From Chrysomallon squamiferum (lineage: Eukaryota; Animalia; Mollusca), in assembly GCA_012295275.1 (NCBI GenBank), contig CM022668.1, positions 7,750,001 through 7,814,000 of the forward strand: a stretch of DNA of 64,000 nt, in the 5' to 3' direction. The notes beneath the pieces are model-generated. The model was not told where the DNA came from. It was given only the letters and a program-made list of their open reading frames with translations, and made no database searches. A program made the translations under genes and the position numbers. Below are positions 1 through 15,818 of the stretch, piece by piece (positions within the stretch are counted from its first letter, which is position 1; each line of letters starts with the position of its first letter).

Positions 1-2107
1 TCTTTATAATTTGTTTTTTTTTTACCTTTTTTTCTTTTTAAACATGGCATGTTCTGAAGATGTTTGGCTTACGGGAAATTGATTTCCTATCTTAGTCTTA
101 GTTAAGCCTGAGATGTTAGTAAAAGCTTTTATTTTTAAATTGGAAAAAAAAGAATAGAATTATCAGACATTGCAATTACAGTTATTATCAGTTTCTAAAA
201 CGTTTTCAGAAATTGGTTTTCATTACCGGTATTATTATTACAGTTGTTTGTCCCTTCTTCTATAAAAGAATATTTTAATTTATTTTCTAATAGTTACATT
301 TGCACGTACAATAAAAAAAAAAAAAAAAAAGATTGTTGAGGGTATGCTTTTGACCGTTATCTATTTCTACAATAGTTTCAAACTTTCTGTCTTTCTTTGC
401 CCCATTCTGTCTGTCTGTCTGTCTGTACCTTTAAATGTATTATGTAACGTTAGATTATTTTTAGAGAGAGATAGAAAGATGGTCAGAGTGAGACAGAGAA
501 ATGAAAACAAAGACAATAGCCAATATGGATAAAAAGATAGAGACACAGAGACAGAAGGAAAAATAAAAGCAATCACAGGTAAACATTTAGAGAGACTGAG
601 AGAGGGAATGAAAAAGAGAAAAATAGATAAAACAAAAGACTACACTTTGATTGATACACATATACACACATGTACTATGTATGTATATATATATGGTTTG
701 TGTGTGAGTGTGTTGTGTGTGTGTGTGTGTGAATATTACTATGTTCATGTTTTAATTATTTCAAAGACCATGAAGTTTTTTGACTAAAAATTTCAATTTC
801 TTTTTTTCATTTTCTTTCAATTACATCTATCATGTTATAGAATCAAAACCACAGAACTAATACCACTAAGACCATTTGAAAAAAAAAAAAAAAAAAAAAA
901 AAATCCATTACTGTGAAAATTAATACTACATTGTCTACTTTCCAAGACACCTGAATATTAAAAACTATAAAATTACAAAAAGCTATTCTTGTTGTTTTGT
1001 TCAGCTATTGTGAAATACAATTCGAAAGTCGATATTAATACAGACTATTGATTATATGTGTCTATGTGTAAAATGCCAGACATTGTAGAGACCAGGGCTA
1101 TATTTAATACACATTTGTAGTTAATTAACTCTTACGTCATGAACTAATCATAAAACGAGGAATTAAGGAAGGAATTAATACTTCCAGATAATATGTATAT
1201 TTAATTAGAACTTTTCTTTTTCTCTCGTTTTTTTTGTGTTTGACTCATTTTATTTCATATTTTTATTTTTGTACGTTACATTTTTATATGTTATTACAAA
1301 TGATAGAAAAAGGTTTTGATAATTAGAAACATACTTTGTGATACTTTCATAAGAAGTATACAAATGTATACAAATTGAAAAGTTAAACAACATACACACA
1401 TGCACAAACATACAGACACAGACATGTACACACAAACACATACATAGTCACACACACACACACACAAACACACACATACCTAGAATCTGGTTTTCAATAT
1501 AACAAATCATGATAGCTAAAATAAGCATTAACGTATGCCTAGCTGTTAACTTTGTTAATTCAAATTTTTAAAAATCCTTTCAAATTTTATTTTATATTTA
1601 TTTTTTGTAACTTGGTTACAAGTTTTTGTGAGACATTAATCATTATTCAACAAAATTTAAATCAATCTGGTTTAAAATATTTATTATTCTCCTATTATTT
1701 CCATGAAGCTGGTGTTGACAACTGAGCTAAATGCAATCACTGGTTCAGAACTTTTTATTATCACTTTATTTCTCTTGTCAAGAGATTTTCACATGTTACC
1801 GGCATGCTGGAAAAACAGCAATACTGTTTGTTTTGTTTTTTTAAATCTTAAAGACAGGTTTATGTTTCTTCATTATTAGATTTATTTTTCAGTGATTGTG
1901 TACTTGAGTTTCGTGTCTCATAATCAATACATGTAAACACTGACATACAGATGAAGAAAGAACTACATTTCATGTCATTGCAGACCAAACTCAGAACATC
2001 CAAAAACATTTTCTTCTTCTTTTAGAACTCAGACCTGGTTTTGTCATGTGTCAGACAAATTCCTTCTTTTTTTTGTGGTCAAATTTCCTTTCTTTTTACC
2101 TGTGTTT

Positions 2108-2425
2108 ATAACTACACAAACTTTTAGTAGTAACACAGACATTCAAATATTTCATTATACAAATTTTTAGTAATTATATTGATTTTCTTATTTATCACTA
2201 TACAAACACTTAGTATAATATCAGTTTTCAAATTTATACTATACAAACTGTTAGTAGTAATATATCAACTTTCAAATTTAAACTATACAAACTATTGGTA
2301 TTAATATCAGTTCTAAAATTATTCACAGTATAAACTGTTAATAACAATGATGACTTTCAAATTTATCACTATACAAACTATTAGTAGTAGTATCTATTTC
2401 AAATATATCACTAAACAAACTCTTA
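2108..2425. repeat. Degenerate ~39-41-bp minisatellite, ~8 copies
   Basis: Recurring CACTATACAAACT(A)TTAGTAGTAATA...TTTCAAATTTA units. Confidence 0.75.
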
Positions 2426-3604
2426 AATCATTATGCATAACAAGCATACTTGAACCTCCTGGTGATATAAAACATTTAAAATGGTTAAGTGAATAAATCT
2501 TGTTCTAAGGCAGTTGTTTTAATCAGATCAATGAGACTGAATGGCCACAAATCTCAATTATTTTACACTTAGTAAATTAGACTGAACATCTGAGTGTCTG
2601 TGACTACACACATTACTCCTCAGTTTTATTACAACATCCAACACACAGCAAGTGAAGAACTGCAACAACAGTTCAGTCATTTGTGCTGACACAAAATCCT
2701 CCTAGGAAATTAGACGTTGTTGCAGTAAGAAGCAGGTTAAGGTGCTGAAGTGTCACACGGTGATGAAGTTGTTGCGACTGTGAATACAGCTGCTTATTCT
2801 TCTTTCTTACTCTGTCTTTTTAGTGAAATCTACACCTGCTGCTACAAACAGCTTAAATTTTACTTTTTTTTCTTTCAGTTTTGTTTTCTGTATGTTCATT
2901 GCTATCAATGTTTGCTAATAATAAAGTTTGTCAAAAAACGTGTTCATAAGGATGCAGCATAGCTGAAACAATCTTATCTAATAAAAAGAAATGCAATTTT
3001 ATAGAAACAATAAATTTAAACAGGATATTTCAGATCCATGTATTTACCAATTTGACTGATCCCAAGACTTTCAATGACTTAATTTTTTGTTCATTTTTCA
3101 CATCGTAATAAGAAATAAAACTGTCAACTTCTGTGCACTTTCATAAGAGATTTGTAACTGGAAAATTCATGGTAATGAATACTCTAACAATTTTAGTTTA
3201 TCACTGATTAAAAGTTACTTCTGTTAATTAACAATAAATTATTTGTAACAATTAAATAGCATGAGTTACTCCTACTCATTGGTAGCAAGAAATTAACATT
3301 CTAAGCAGCAGTCTCAACTGTTAATTATCATCACAAAATATTTGATATTTTGTATTTATTTCTTTTTCTTATTATTTTGTCACTCTTATATTATAACGAA
3401 AGTGCTTCCTGAAGCAATAACTGGTTGACATATTCGTCTGTACATGTTATTTATAATAATATATAAAATTTATCATGGGAATTAACTCTATTTGAAATAT
3501 TTATTTCAGAATTAAACATATTTTTCTTTATAATATTTTCTTTTCCCTTTTCTTTTCATTAATATGTTTTTACTTAGAGTAATATATGATGTATTATTCT
3601 CACT

Positions 3605-3666
<62 letters not shown>

Positions 3667-5659
3667 TATATACAGTTCTTCTTTTTCTTCTTATTACTGT
3701 TAAAAGTGCATGTTATAAATATGCGACTTGAAAACATTTTTTTTTTGGTGTAATATTTATGTATGTTTTAATCTAGAAATGTCAGATAGAGAAGAAAAAG
3801 AAGATGAGAAATTAAAAATAGCACAGGAAATATCAGTTGCCATAGTTTCATTTCTTCACGATAACACAGACGTCTGACATTACGTCAAAATAAATAGTTT
3901 TCAAAAAAAGAAGAAAAAAACAACAACTTACTGATATATCACAATTATTATTTCTTGGAGAACGTTATGAAAGACAATCATGTAAAAACTGAACAATATC
4001 TTGGATGGTATGTAATTTAAGGAAAATAGCAGAACAACATATTGCTAATACAAAACTTCTAAAAGATCTGTGTTATAATGTAAATATTGTGTAATTATGA
4101 ACGTCCACTGAAAAAAATTTTGAAACTCTTTCGAACTTTTTTAATCTTAATGGATCACAGATTAGTAAATTCCGTGCGCCTGTTATCTATATCTACAACA
4201 CAGAAGAAAAAAAACATACACCCCCAGAAACAAAAACAAAAATACGAAAATCGCACATGATTTACAGTTAAAACAAATAATAAAACTCGTTAGAAGTTTT
4301 GGTCGGCACTGAATGAGCCAAATGCAAATAGCTTCCGGTAACTCAGTCACTATAGGTTTTTATTGCTTGTTAAATTTCATTACTGCTTCTAAGGGCAATA
4401 ACTTTTGTAATCTAATAATTACTGACTACAAAAAAGGCATATTGCTGACAGGAAAAACTTTTACCTGTTTTTGATTATACTAAGATTAACTATATTTTTT
4501 TTGGTGCTTTTTCATATGTCAAGACTCATAAAATACGTTTATTTTTATGTTTCGACCTACCGCGGTTCAATATGTTAAAAGAAATTACTGTACAGTAAAT
4601 TGCAATCTTATGATACCCTAGGGTATACTATAATTCAGTAGTCACTGTGAATTAGATTTAGCAGTTTTTAGTAGTACCTGTAGGTGTGCTTTCAAGTTAT
4701 GAACAATCGCAATTTTTGCACGTCCGAATGTACACACACTATGTATCATGCTGTCCATTTGACAGGGGGCGCCACTAGGCACTTTTCAAGCACTTTGTAT
4801 TAAATTTCATTGTTATTTCTGAGCAGATTTTACAGTAAAAATGCCTGACAGATGTGTGTGTGTCAGATGTTTGCACAGTGCCGCAGTTTTAGTGCTTGTT
4901 ACAGACGTTATATTCCCTGGTTCACGCCTCTAACTAGACCACAACATTAATTTGATATTTACGAATACTGGTTACTGATGTGTTTTGGTTAAACAACAAT
5001 AAACCATGCTGTCACTGATTCCGACTGGACCATACTAATTACGTCATGGAAACAAAACGATTGACAGCACCTGGTGATTGATTAAACAGCGACTGCAGAA
5101 CTGTGTTAGCAAGACGCCATTTGCTTTCATTAGCGTTACCAGAAAATACGTTTTCTACTGGAAATGTGTTTCGTTTGAAGCGAAATAAGACATTAACATC
5201 CCTCACTATCACGAACAGTAATAATAACATGCCGAAATAAAAGAAAACGAAATATATTTATTTAAAAAAAATATTTATTCTTTAAATATTCAAGCTGGGA
5301 CGTACTTTTGTGCGTCAGTATTACAAAAGAAAGTTCCTTCTTATTAATAGTTTGGATTTACGAATGGCTACAGAATTATTAATTTAACTCCACTTTTGAC
5401 AGTAGCTAAGCTGTCACAGTGCTTAGTGATAAATCACAGAATCGATTGTGTGCCCACTAAGATATATTTCCCATCCTAGGCAATTCTCTGCACCTGCATC
5501 TTCTAAAGTCAAACCATGTGTTTTCCTGTCTATGTAAAGGTACTTATGAGAGTTCTCTTCCCGCTGACTGAAGTAAATAGTATCGATTCGGTAGGAGTAC
5601 ATTTCCAAGAGCTCTATTCCTTATTATTATAAATAAACGTATGACTGGAACGAATTAAG

Positions 5660-5697
<38 letters not shown>

Positions 5698-7416
5698 AGA
5701 AGAAAAAAAGAACACTACAAAATGCCTGAAAGGTTATAAAAGTTAAAGAAAGTCTGACACTGCCAAGAACGGAAACTCCAGCTGGTGTAGCTATTTGTGA
5801 GCTGTTCAAACATCTGAATACGTCACTGAATTGGCAAAGATGTTTTGTCCTACTAACAGACAAGAACCAATACATTTTTTTCTCATATATATATATATAT
5901 TTGTTAGTTTATTTATTTAATTTATTTGTTAATGTTATTTTAACACACAGACAAAAAGACAGAGAAACAGTTACATATAATATCCAGATCTTTTTATTGT
6001 ACTTTTCCCGCTTATAATCTATCTATATACGGAAATTATTATTATTATTATTATTGTTGTTGTTGTTGTTGTTGTTGTTGCTGTTGTTGCTGTTGTTGTA
6101 TTTTTTGTTATTGTTATGATTATTATTGTTAAATTATTACTATTTCTGTTGTGGTCGTTAATGAAAATAAATCTCTTATTAATTTGCGCTGAGTGAAGAA
6201 AAGCATCTGAACAGAGAGGAATCAATGACTGAAACCAGTAACAACCCCCCTTTGTGTGACCGCTGCGTTTTAATGAAATATCCGATTACCTCTGTATTCA
6301 GAACACCTTATTAATTAGGACACCTGAGAAGCTGAATGAACTGACAACTAATTTAAAAGAAATTGGTTTTTCTACAAGACAGAAATGTTCGCTGTTACGG
6401 GGTGTTACATTATTCTCTCTCTGTATTCTCCATTAACAAACCTTCTCACTGAGGTGTGAGCTAATGGTACAGATATTCACTGAGACTCGGATTCTTTTAC
6501 ATTAGATAATATCCCGTTCCTGCCAGATCCCCGAGGTTGTACTATGTGTTTTGTTATACACTGAAATGAGAGCATGAAAGAAACATCCCAGCTGTTCTGT
6601 ATGACTGGGTGATGAAACTGAGGGATTGGGATTCAGCTGTTAAAAATAAAAATAACAATCACTTCCCTCAAAAGCGTTAACAGTAATTACTAAAGGCAGA
6701 GACATCTCATTTTGAGAAATCGCGAACGTGGGAGTCCATTTTGAGAAGTTATGAACCTAATATTAATATGGTATGATAACCCCCCCCCCATTTTTATATC
6801 TCAAATTTGCATATTATCATTCCATCATATATATATATGCACACGATGACGTCACGACTTCAGTGGTGAAGGGGTAGTAGTGTTATTTTATTGTCATAAA
6901 TTACTGTTAATGATGATAGATCTCCAAAAATATCAAATAATAAAGTGGAAATATAAATTTTAATAGACCATTTATTGCTATCGCTAGGATATACTTTAGA
7001 TAAATTCTATTTTTTTCCTTCCTTTTTTACTTATTATATGTTTTTACCATTTCAGCTGTATTGCATATGAAAAAAGATGCATAAGCATGCTTGCGCACAT
7101 GCACACACATTTACACACACATATTTATAGAGCAATAAATAAATGTGAAGGTTTGTGTGTGTCAAACTAGCTAGAATTCTTTCCCACAGTTTAACTCACA
7201 TATTTTGCTCCAAACGTTCCCAGCTGCCAGGTGAACTTAACCTCTGGGTAAAAAAAAAAATCTAATTTGACGGTTTGAAAATTTATTTTATTCACGTCAG
7301 GTACCAATTTTAGTAGAACTCCCGATGCAAAACACCGTTTATACTGACTGAAACGAGACATGCGGTGAAAACATTTTATTTATGTTCCTACGAAACAGAT
7401 ACTTAAAGTGTTAAAG

Positions 7417-7556
<140 letters not shown>

Positions 7557-8382
7557 GTAAGTTTAAAAAGAGAGAAAGATGAAAGCAACGAGAGAAACAA
7601 AGACAGAGAGAGAGAGAGAGAGAAACTAAAAACAGTAAAACTTTAAATTAACAGTTAAAAGTATTATTCTTTTTTCATTTGAACATCTTTTTCGGACAAA
7701 AAATTAGGAAGGGTTTGGGTTTTTATTTTGTCGACAACAACAACAAACATAAAGAAGAAAAATTCTTTTTATTTATAATTTAAACAAATCCAGTTGTTTT
7801 CAAAACACAAATTTTGTTTAACCTTTTCGTTTTCGTATAAATAAACTGTGTAACTGATAAGTGAGAAAATGTTTACTATAAAATAAAGTTTACTTTCCCA
7901 GTCGCGTCCTGCTGGTTTTTAATCTTGATGCTTTTTTTTTTTCTTTCAGTGAACGTTTAGTTTCTGGACTGCATGTTCACCGCTTAATGCTGACATTGTG
8001 AACAAACTGTAATCATAAACTAGGGATAGGGCTGATAACAAAAATAGTTCACGTTGAAGGCTGCAGTGGATATCTTACATATCTCTCTCGTATCATTTAT
8101 ATCAGAGAATTTTAATTAAATTTCGAAAATGAAACAAACGAAGAAGGATTCTTATGGAAATTAAAAATTAATAATTTCTATTTACAGACAGACAGACAGA
8201 CAGACACACACACACACACATATTTTTTATACATCCACATATGCCTAATCACACATGCTAACACACACTCAGACAGACATACATACACACAAACTCACAT
8301 ACAAATACAAACAGACACATATATCTGCATTTATATATTTATCTTAGAAAAACAAAGTAAAGAGAGTATGTAAGAGGAAATA

Positions 8383-8588
<206 letters not shown>

Positions 8589-9249
8589 GACAGAGTTAAT
8601 GTCACGCACATAATTGATTCACTGAAATTCTGTTAACTATAAATACCTCAGAACCTCAGTTTGACATAAAACATATTTTCTTGGCAACATCTGGCGAGAA
8701 TTAAATTTTAAAGCTTCAGTAATCCACAAACATCAATCGAAACCAATTAACTTTCTAAGATTACGATTAATTTATAGACTTTTCAAAGTAAACTTTAATA
8801 TAATTATGTGTGTATGGCAGCTGCAGTACTAATCGATGAAAACAATGGGTACAGTATCTGACTGTGCGTAATGCATACATGCTTCATACGTGCAGACACA
8901 TTCATACTTTCATACACACAGAAATATAGACAAATATTTCAGAGAGAGAGAGAGAGAGAGAGGTCAGACATTACACCTATATCAATCACTGTACAGATGT
9001 TTTGTTTATGACAGAGGTGTTTGTTTCACACTTAATCAGTTATAAACACTTTCTTAGCTTTTATATTGGCTGTTTAAGAAGTACTGTAGTTTACGACGTT
9101 AATACAGGGATCATTCAGTTTATCTTAATATATTAACTGATTAATACACACACCTTTGCATATACATACACATATTCATACATTCATACATACAAATACA
9201 TGTACATAAACACAAACGAACGTACATACACACATACATATGCATATGA

Positions 9250-9298
<49 letters not shown>

Positions 9299-10088
9299 CA
9301 ATTCACACATATATACATGTACGCACACATACATACATACTTACATATAGAGATATACATACATTAATGTAGATAGTAAATAGAACTATTCACATATATA
9401 AACATGCTGATGGTATTGTATGTACCTGAAGTAATAGTAATAATACTAGAAAACTAACTAACTAACAACAACAACAACAACAACAACAACAATAGTAATA
9501 AAAACAATAAGAAAAAGAATGGCACAAAACTGAAAAACTTTAACATTTGTTATGAGATGCATAGTAATGTCAAATCCTTACCGTGAAATAAAGATTTTTT
9601 TTTTTTTTTTTTTTTTAATAGTATTATCTTGAGTGACAAGGTTACAGTCAGAAATGAATTAGACATCATTTTCAGTGACAGCCTTACATGCCGAAATTAA
9701 TTTGAAAATGTACTGTCGCCCTTGACAACAGGGTCACTCTGACAGAGATCAGTAATGACGCAAAATGCTCTATGATGTCATAGCTTTCACGGGAACGTTG
9801 GATTCAGAAGATATTTTCTGCAGCGGTTTTGTCAACGCTTTGCAAAACAATTTATTTTTTGTTTTATTATTATTTTTTTTTTGTTTATGATAGAATTTTA
9901 TATAGAAAATGTAAACTTTAGGAATATATATTTACAAAGTGTATATAAATAAATATAATTTTTATATACTGCTTATTGTAACTGTTGTAATCAAAGACAG
10001 TAGTAGCAGTAGTGGTTGTAACGGTAATGTTGTTATTACTTCTGATAGTCTCTTATCATCATTATTATCATTATTAGCATCATCATCA

Positions 10089-10152
<64 letters not shown>

Positions 10153-10469
10153 TAGAAACCAGATACCTGCAAAATATTTTATTTAATGCTTTCTTTGTCA
10201 GCCCAGAACATAGGATCCAACTAGAATTTTAGACGCCGATAGATAAGTACGTATTCCCAAAGGGAGGTAACGTTCGCCAAGGCGGGTAACTCTGCTTGCA
10301 CATATTAATAATAACAACAATTAATTCGACCTTTTTGTATTACTAGATTATAAAACTGTTTTCCAGTCTTGATGCTATTTTATTAAAAAAAAAAAAAAGA
10401 TGAAAAGATAAAAAGAAGAGTCATCAAAGGACATTTAATAAAAGCTTCATCAGAGATTAATCCATCCGC

Positions 10470-10523
<54 letters not shown>

Positions 10524-10907
10524 CAAGCCTTATTTAGTTACAAAAGTGTATGTTCTTTCCTGCTTAAATTCATATAAACACACACACAACCACACAAACC
10601 AAAAGAAAAATAAAATGAGAAAAAAGAACACCTTCACACAGATGTCATTAAGTACGTATTCTCCGATGTATTTTCTAAAACTTGCGACAAAACTAGAACT
10701 CATTATCACTGAGGCATCGCTAATCCTTCGTTTATTCCATCATTCATTCACTCACTCAGTCACTCACTCCCAACTGATTTTCATTAATTTGAGAAGCTTA
10801 GTATTTATCTTGTTTTGTTTATTCCTTGTTTGTTAGGTGATTGCTTTTCTTTTCTTACTGATATACAGTAGTTTGTTTTGTTTCTTAACATTTATTTATT
10901 TATAAAT

Positions 10908-10946
<39 letters not shown>

Positions 10947-11024
10947 TTTTTTTATTATTATTTATTTTTTTGTTAAAATTTTTCTTACAATTTCTTATAC
11001 GGTATTCGTATGCAATCTGTTACA

Positions 11025-11510
11025 CACTATGTATGTATAATGTATATGTACACTGTGTATGTATAATGTGTGTATACGTTAGTATGTATAATGCATAAGT
11101 ATGCTAAGTATATATATATAATGTGAATGTACACTATGTATGTATAATGTGTATGTACGCTATGTATGTATAATGTGTATGTACGCTATGTATGTATAAT
11201 GTGCAGGTACACTATGTATGTATAATGTGCAGGTATGCTATGTACGTATACTGTGTATGTACGCTATGTACGTATACTGTGTATGTACGCTATGTATGTA
11301 TAATGTGTATGTACGCTATGTATGCATACTGTGTATGTACACTATGTATATATAATGTGCAGGTACACTATGTATGTATAATGTGCAGGTACGCTATGTA
11401 TGTATAATGTGTATGTATGCTATGTATGTATAATGTGTATGTACACTATATATGCATAATGTGCAGGTACACTATGTATGTATGATGTGCATGTACAGTA
11501 TATATGTACA
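11025..11510. repeat. 26-bp minisatellite GTAC(A/G)CTATGTATGTATAATGTG(TAT/CAG)
   Basis: About 18 tandem near-identical units. Confidence 0.92.
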
Positions 11511-12146
11511 ATATATATGTATAATCCGACTATTCATTCTCTATATATACTAGTTATTACATAAACACCTATTCATACAAACGCATACACACACAAGCAT
11601 ACAATTTATGTGTACAACATTTTTGTTCAGCCTACATGTCCATTTCGTATAGACCATCTGCAGGTATAATGTACACGTATACATTCTGTGTTCACTGTGT
11701 TCACATTTATATATATACATGCACACTCACACACACATAAAGACATATGCTATTGCATACATACAGGCGCGTATATCTATATATATATATATGTTTGTGT
11801 GCGTTTTAAGAGCAATATTTATATAAAATCAGTATAGTTTTTATAATCTCTATACAACTTGTACATATAAGGTATGTACAGTCTGCGTACAGCTGTCTTC
11901 TCTGCGTTCATGTAATTTACAATTCATGACTGTAACCAAATCCTCGTGATACAATACGTGCAATATAATAAGTATGCTCTAAATAGTCATTTACACATAG
12001 TACAGACTGATATATATTAAAATTCAGATGTAAAACGAAGAGATCAGATATCGAAAAGGAACACAAGAGTATTTGTTTGTACTATATTGTATATAATATC
12101 TATCTATCTAGCTATATATATATATATATATAGATAGATAGATATA

Positions 12147-12184
<38 letters not shown>

Positions 12185-12373
12185 AACATCACGATAATCT
12201 CACTGCTAATAAATGTGGAATGCTTACATCAGATATGTAATATGCATATATAATAACTGTTCTTAATGTTCAGTAGCAATTTCATATTGTTAGAAATCAA
12301 GATAAATTTCACACCATCCTTTATGACGTCACAGTGAAAATTTAAAAAAAATAAAAAACGTAAACAATCTTAC

Positions 12374-12407
12374 CTTCGAATTCAGTCTGGGTCGCGTGTG
12401 ACGTCAT
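12374..12407 (-). CDS. Candidate alternative first coding exon (MTSHATQTEFE+G, phase 1) of the minus-strand gene; 5' UTR may extend to ~13200
   Basis: ATG at 12407, 11 codons + 1 nt to the strong donor GAAG|GTAAGA (GT at 12373-12372). In-frame stop upstream; CpG-rich non-repetitive sequence continues to ~13200. Same phase as the 37225 donor. Confidence 0.55.
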
Positions 12408-13334
12408 CGTCGGCAGTTCTCGGTTTGTGTAGCTGCTGTTATAGACTGGTGACAACAGAGAGTTAAGATCCAAACAACTTGTGACCTGCGACTGAATAAT
12501 CGAGGTTTTATTATTATTATTCTTCTTATAATTAACTGTTAAAGTCAGAGGGTTTTAAACGTTTGCTTTGTGTCACACGTGTGACAGTTTTACCATCCCA
12601 GTCAAACTTGAGAACGTTCGAGAAGACGCTAAAAACAGTCACTTTTCACACAACAAGGAAGAAAACCCACAAAAATGATTCGTCGAGTAGTCAGTCTTTA
12701 AACCTGAGACTGATGCTCGTAACTTGCCAGCGTAACTCAACTAGACAACAGTTACACGATGTCTGACATCCACGTGCCAGAAGAAATTTTTTTTTTTTTT
12801 TTTTAAATTTATTTTTTTTTTTTTTTTTTTTTTTTTTCTCACGTGGTTATACGTCTTAACAGATCTGCAGTTCTGTCTGCTATACAATGAGATAAGACGA
12901 CCAGAGGCAACTAATTAACATTGTGTCTTTTCAAAGATAAATTTCCGCTAATAACGCAGAAACCGATCTTCACAGCAACCAGTAACAGAATCGATGGCGA
13001 GGTATCGGTACATGCGAGATTTGCTCACGAGTGCTCGCGGAAACTGGAATCACTCTGAATGTGCATCCAACATGCGAGCAGGAGGGTACAGGACAAGATA
13101 AAACTTGCAAACAGGCCAAGCAGTAATAAGTGGACGGAAGGTCAGTTTTTCTCTTCATGGATTCGGTTACGGCCGAAGTGAAACGAAAGAGTAAGTGAAT
13201 TATGGCATGACACAACAAGCGAATTAGTTACAACAGTTTCTGAAAAATGTTGCAATTTTTTTTGGATATCTATCCTCTGTTGAAATTCTATCCAGTGTGT
13301 GTTTGCTACTTATGTGTGTATGTGTGTGTGCCTG

Positions 13335-13344
<10 letters not shown>

Positions 13345-13428
<84 letters not shown>
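13345..13428. repeat. (GA)n microsatellite
   Basis: Direct reading. Confidence 0.97.
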
Positions 13429-13431
<3 letters not shown>

Positions 13432-13524
13432 AACAAACATAAAAGTCATAAACAACTACTAGATTAGGAAAATGTACGAAATATACTCGGCGATGAAGAG
13501 GACATATGATACAACAACTTCAAT

Positions 13525-13695
13525 TGTATCAGAGGTCAAAAGATCAATCCTCCTCGGGTAATCAATTGAGCTATTTCCCGTTCCAATTAGGACCACATAA
13601 TTAGTTTATGCAACATGCTCTCTATGAGGAAGTGCTTATAAAGAATCCTATAACGCTAATTGGTAGGAATAGTCCTTAGGGTGGAATTGCTTTTC
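13525..13695 (+). mobile_element. Degenerate SINE fragment resembling the molluscan MetaSINE central domain
   Basis: ATTGAGCTATTTCCCGTTCCA...GTGCTTATAAAGAATCC...GCTAATTGG...AATAG resembles the Meta-type core as recalled from memory; no alignment run. Confidence 0.45.
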
Positions 13696-14000
13696 CAAAC
13701 TAGCATCACAAAAGCGCTGGATTTCCAGCTAATACAATTATAATCTACTGAGATGATACCAAACGTATGTAAATACAATTATTTACTAATACATGGGATT
13801 TTACTTGTATTAAGGCTTTGATTTCGCTTCCTCTTCTTTAGAGTTCAGTATTTCAGTTATTCTTGATGTTAATATAAAAAATTTGTTTAAAAAAAATAAC
13901 AATCGCTACAAAAAAGATAATAATAATAATAATAATAACAACAGCAACAACAACAACAACAAAACAGAGATAATAATAATAACAACAACAATACAAGAGC

Positions 14001-14060
<60 letters not shown>

Positions 14061-14558
14061 GATCATCATCATTATCGTCATCATGACAAAAAGAAAGTAA
14101 TTCTAGATGAAGCTATTTTCGTTCAAAAAAAAAAAAAAAATGTAAAAAAATGTCTGAAGAAACGAAACACAAAGATAAAAACAAAACAAGCAGCACTTGT
14201 ATTATTAATAACGTTCTCAAACAGCGGGATGAAATGATACGTTCTAAAATCCCCGGCTCTCGGCTTGGTAACCTAGCTAATTACGACATATGGGGATGCT
14301 TGATGACGTAACAAGTTCTTTATTTTAAACGTGACTGCAGTGTCCTTGACGATTTAGTGTAACGCTGCACGTAGTCATGGTTACAGGTGCACGCGACAAT
14401 TAATCCAAAAAGAGGATTACGTGCAATCGATCACGACTCGTTTATAAAATAGTTCTTCATATTCTTGTATGAAAATTTATTTTTAAAGAATCCAGGAAAC
14501 AAACACAAAAACACTACACAGAAAAAGAACAACAACAAACAATCACCTAAACAACCAC

Positions 14559-14601
<43 letters not shown>

Positions 14602-14782
14602 AATAAATAACAAAAATATTACATTAGCTTCATAGATTATAAAAAAAAAATTAATAATAATATATTTTAATTTTGTTTTTCTTTTTTGTTTTCTTTATTT
14701 AAATTATAAATACCATTATTTTAAATAATGGGGTATATTTCATCTTGAGAATTACGCACACATATACACCCAGAAGCACGCA

Positions 14783-14834
<52 letters not shown>

Positions 14835-15166
14835 AGCAACCACCTGTATTCAATTTCTCAACTAAATAACTAAGTGAGGAAAACATAAACGGATTAAAAA
14901 TAAATGAATCGAGTATGAGGATGGATGAACATTATTTGGCACAAAGTAAATAAATGAATCTCTACCCGAAACCTTTTAAAAGATTAGCACTTCATCAAAC
15001 GCAGATCTGAGATAACAGTTACGTAGATTAAACACTCAAACCATTAGTACCAGCTTCCGTGTTTGACTACGACGTGTAGGTAAAGGCCACAGAATCTTAC
15101 TAAGATAATAATAAAAATAATAATAACAACAATAACAACAAGAAGAACATTATTATTAACAACAGC

Positions 15167-15221
<55 letters not shown>

Positions 15222-15292
15222 CTTAAAAAAAAATATAAATATAAATAAAATAATAAATAAATCAATAAAGAAAAAAAGGAAAAATACATAAC

Positions 15293-15738
15293 TAGATAGA
15301 TTGATATATAGATATAGAGATAGGTAGGTAGATAGATAGGTAGATAGATAGATAGGTAGATTGACAGATATATAGATAGATAGATAGATAGATATATAGA
15401 TAGATAGGTAGATAGATAGATATATAGATAGATAGGTAGATTGATAGATAGATAGGTAGATAGATATATATATAGATAGGTAGGTAGATAGATATATAGA
15501 CAGGTAGATAGATAGATATATATATATATATATATATATAGATAGATAGACAGGTAGATAGATAGATAGATAGATACACAGATAGATAGACAGACATATA
15601 GACAGACATATAGATAGATAGACAGATATATATATAGATAGGTAGGTAGATAGATAGACAGATAGATAGATAGGTAGATGGGTAGGTAGGTAGATAGATA
15701 GATAGATAGGTAGATAGATAGATAGATAGGTAGGTAGG

Positions 15739-15818
<80 letters not shown>
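15293..15818. repeat. Compound (GATA/GGTA/GACA)n microsatellite
   Basis: Direct reading; source of the spurious SIYL-repeat ORFs. Confidence 0.97.

Noticed and set aside
4758-4778. CTCF-like motif GACAGGGGGCGCC
   Set aside because: Partial match lacking the 5' CC, single occurrence, and possibly within a transposon relic.
5423-5608. 61-aa complex-looking minus-strand ORF as the shared downstream exon
   Set aside because: No pyrimidine-rich acceptor, no clear donor, no recognised domain; a BLAST would be needed to rescue it.
12970-13218. 82-aa Cys-containing minus-strand ORF
   Set aside because: Non-ATG start and no recognisable motif; more likely the 5' UTR or promoter of the 12374 exon.
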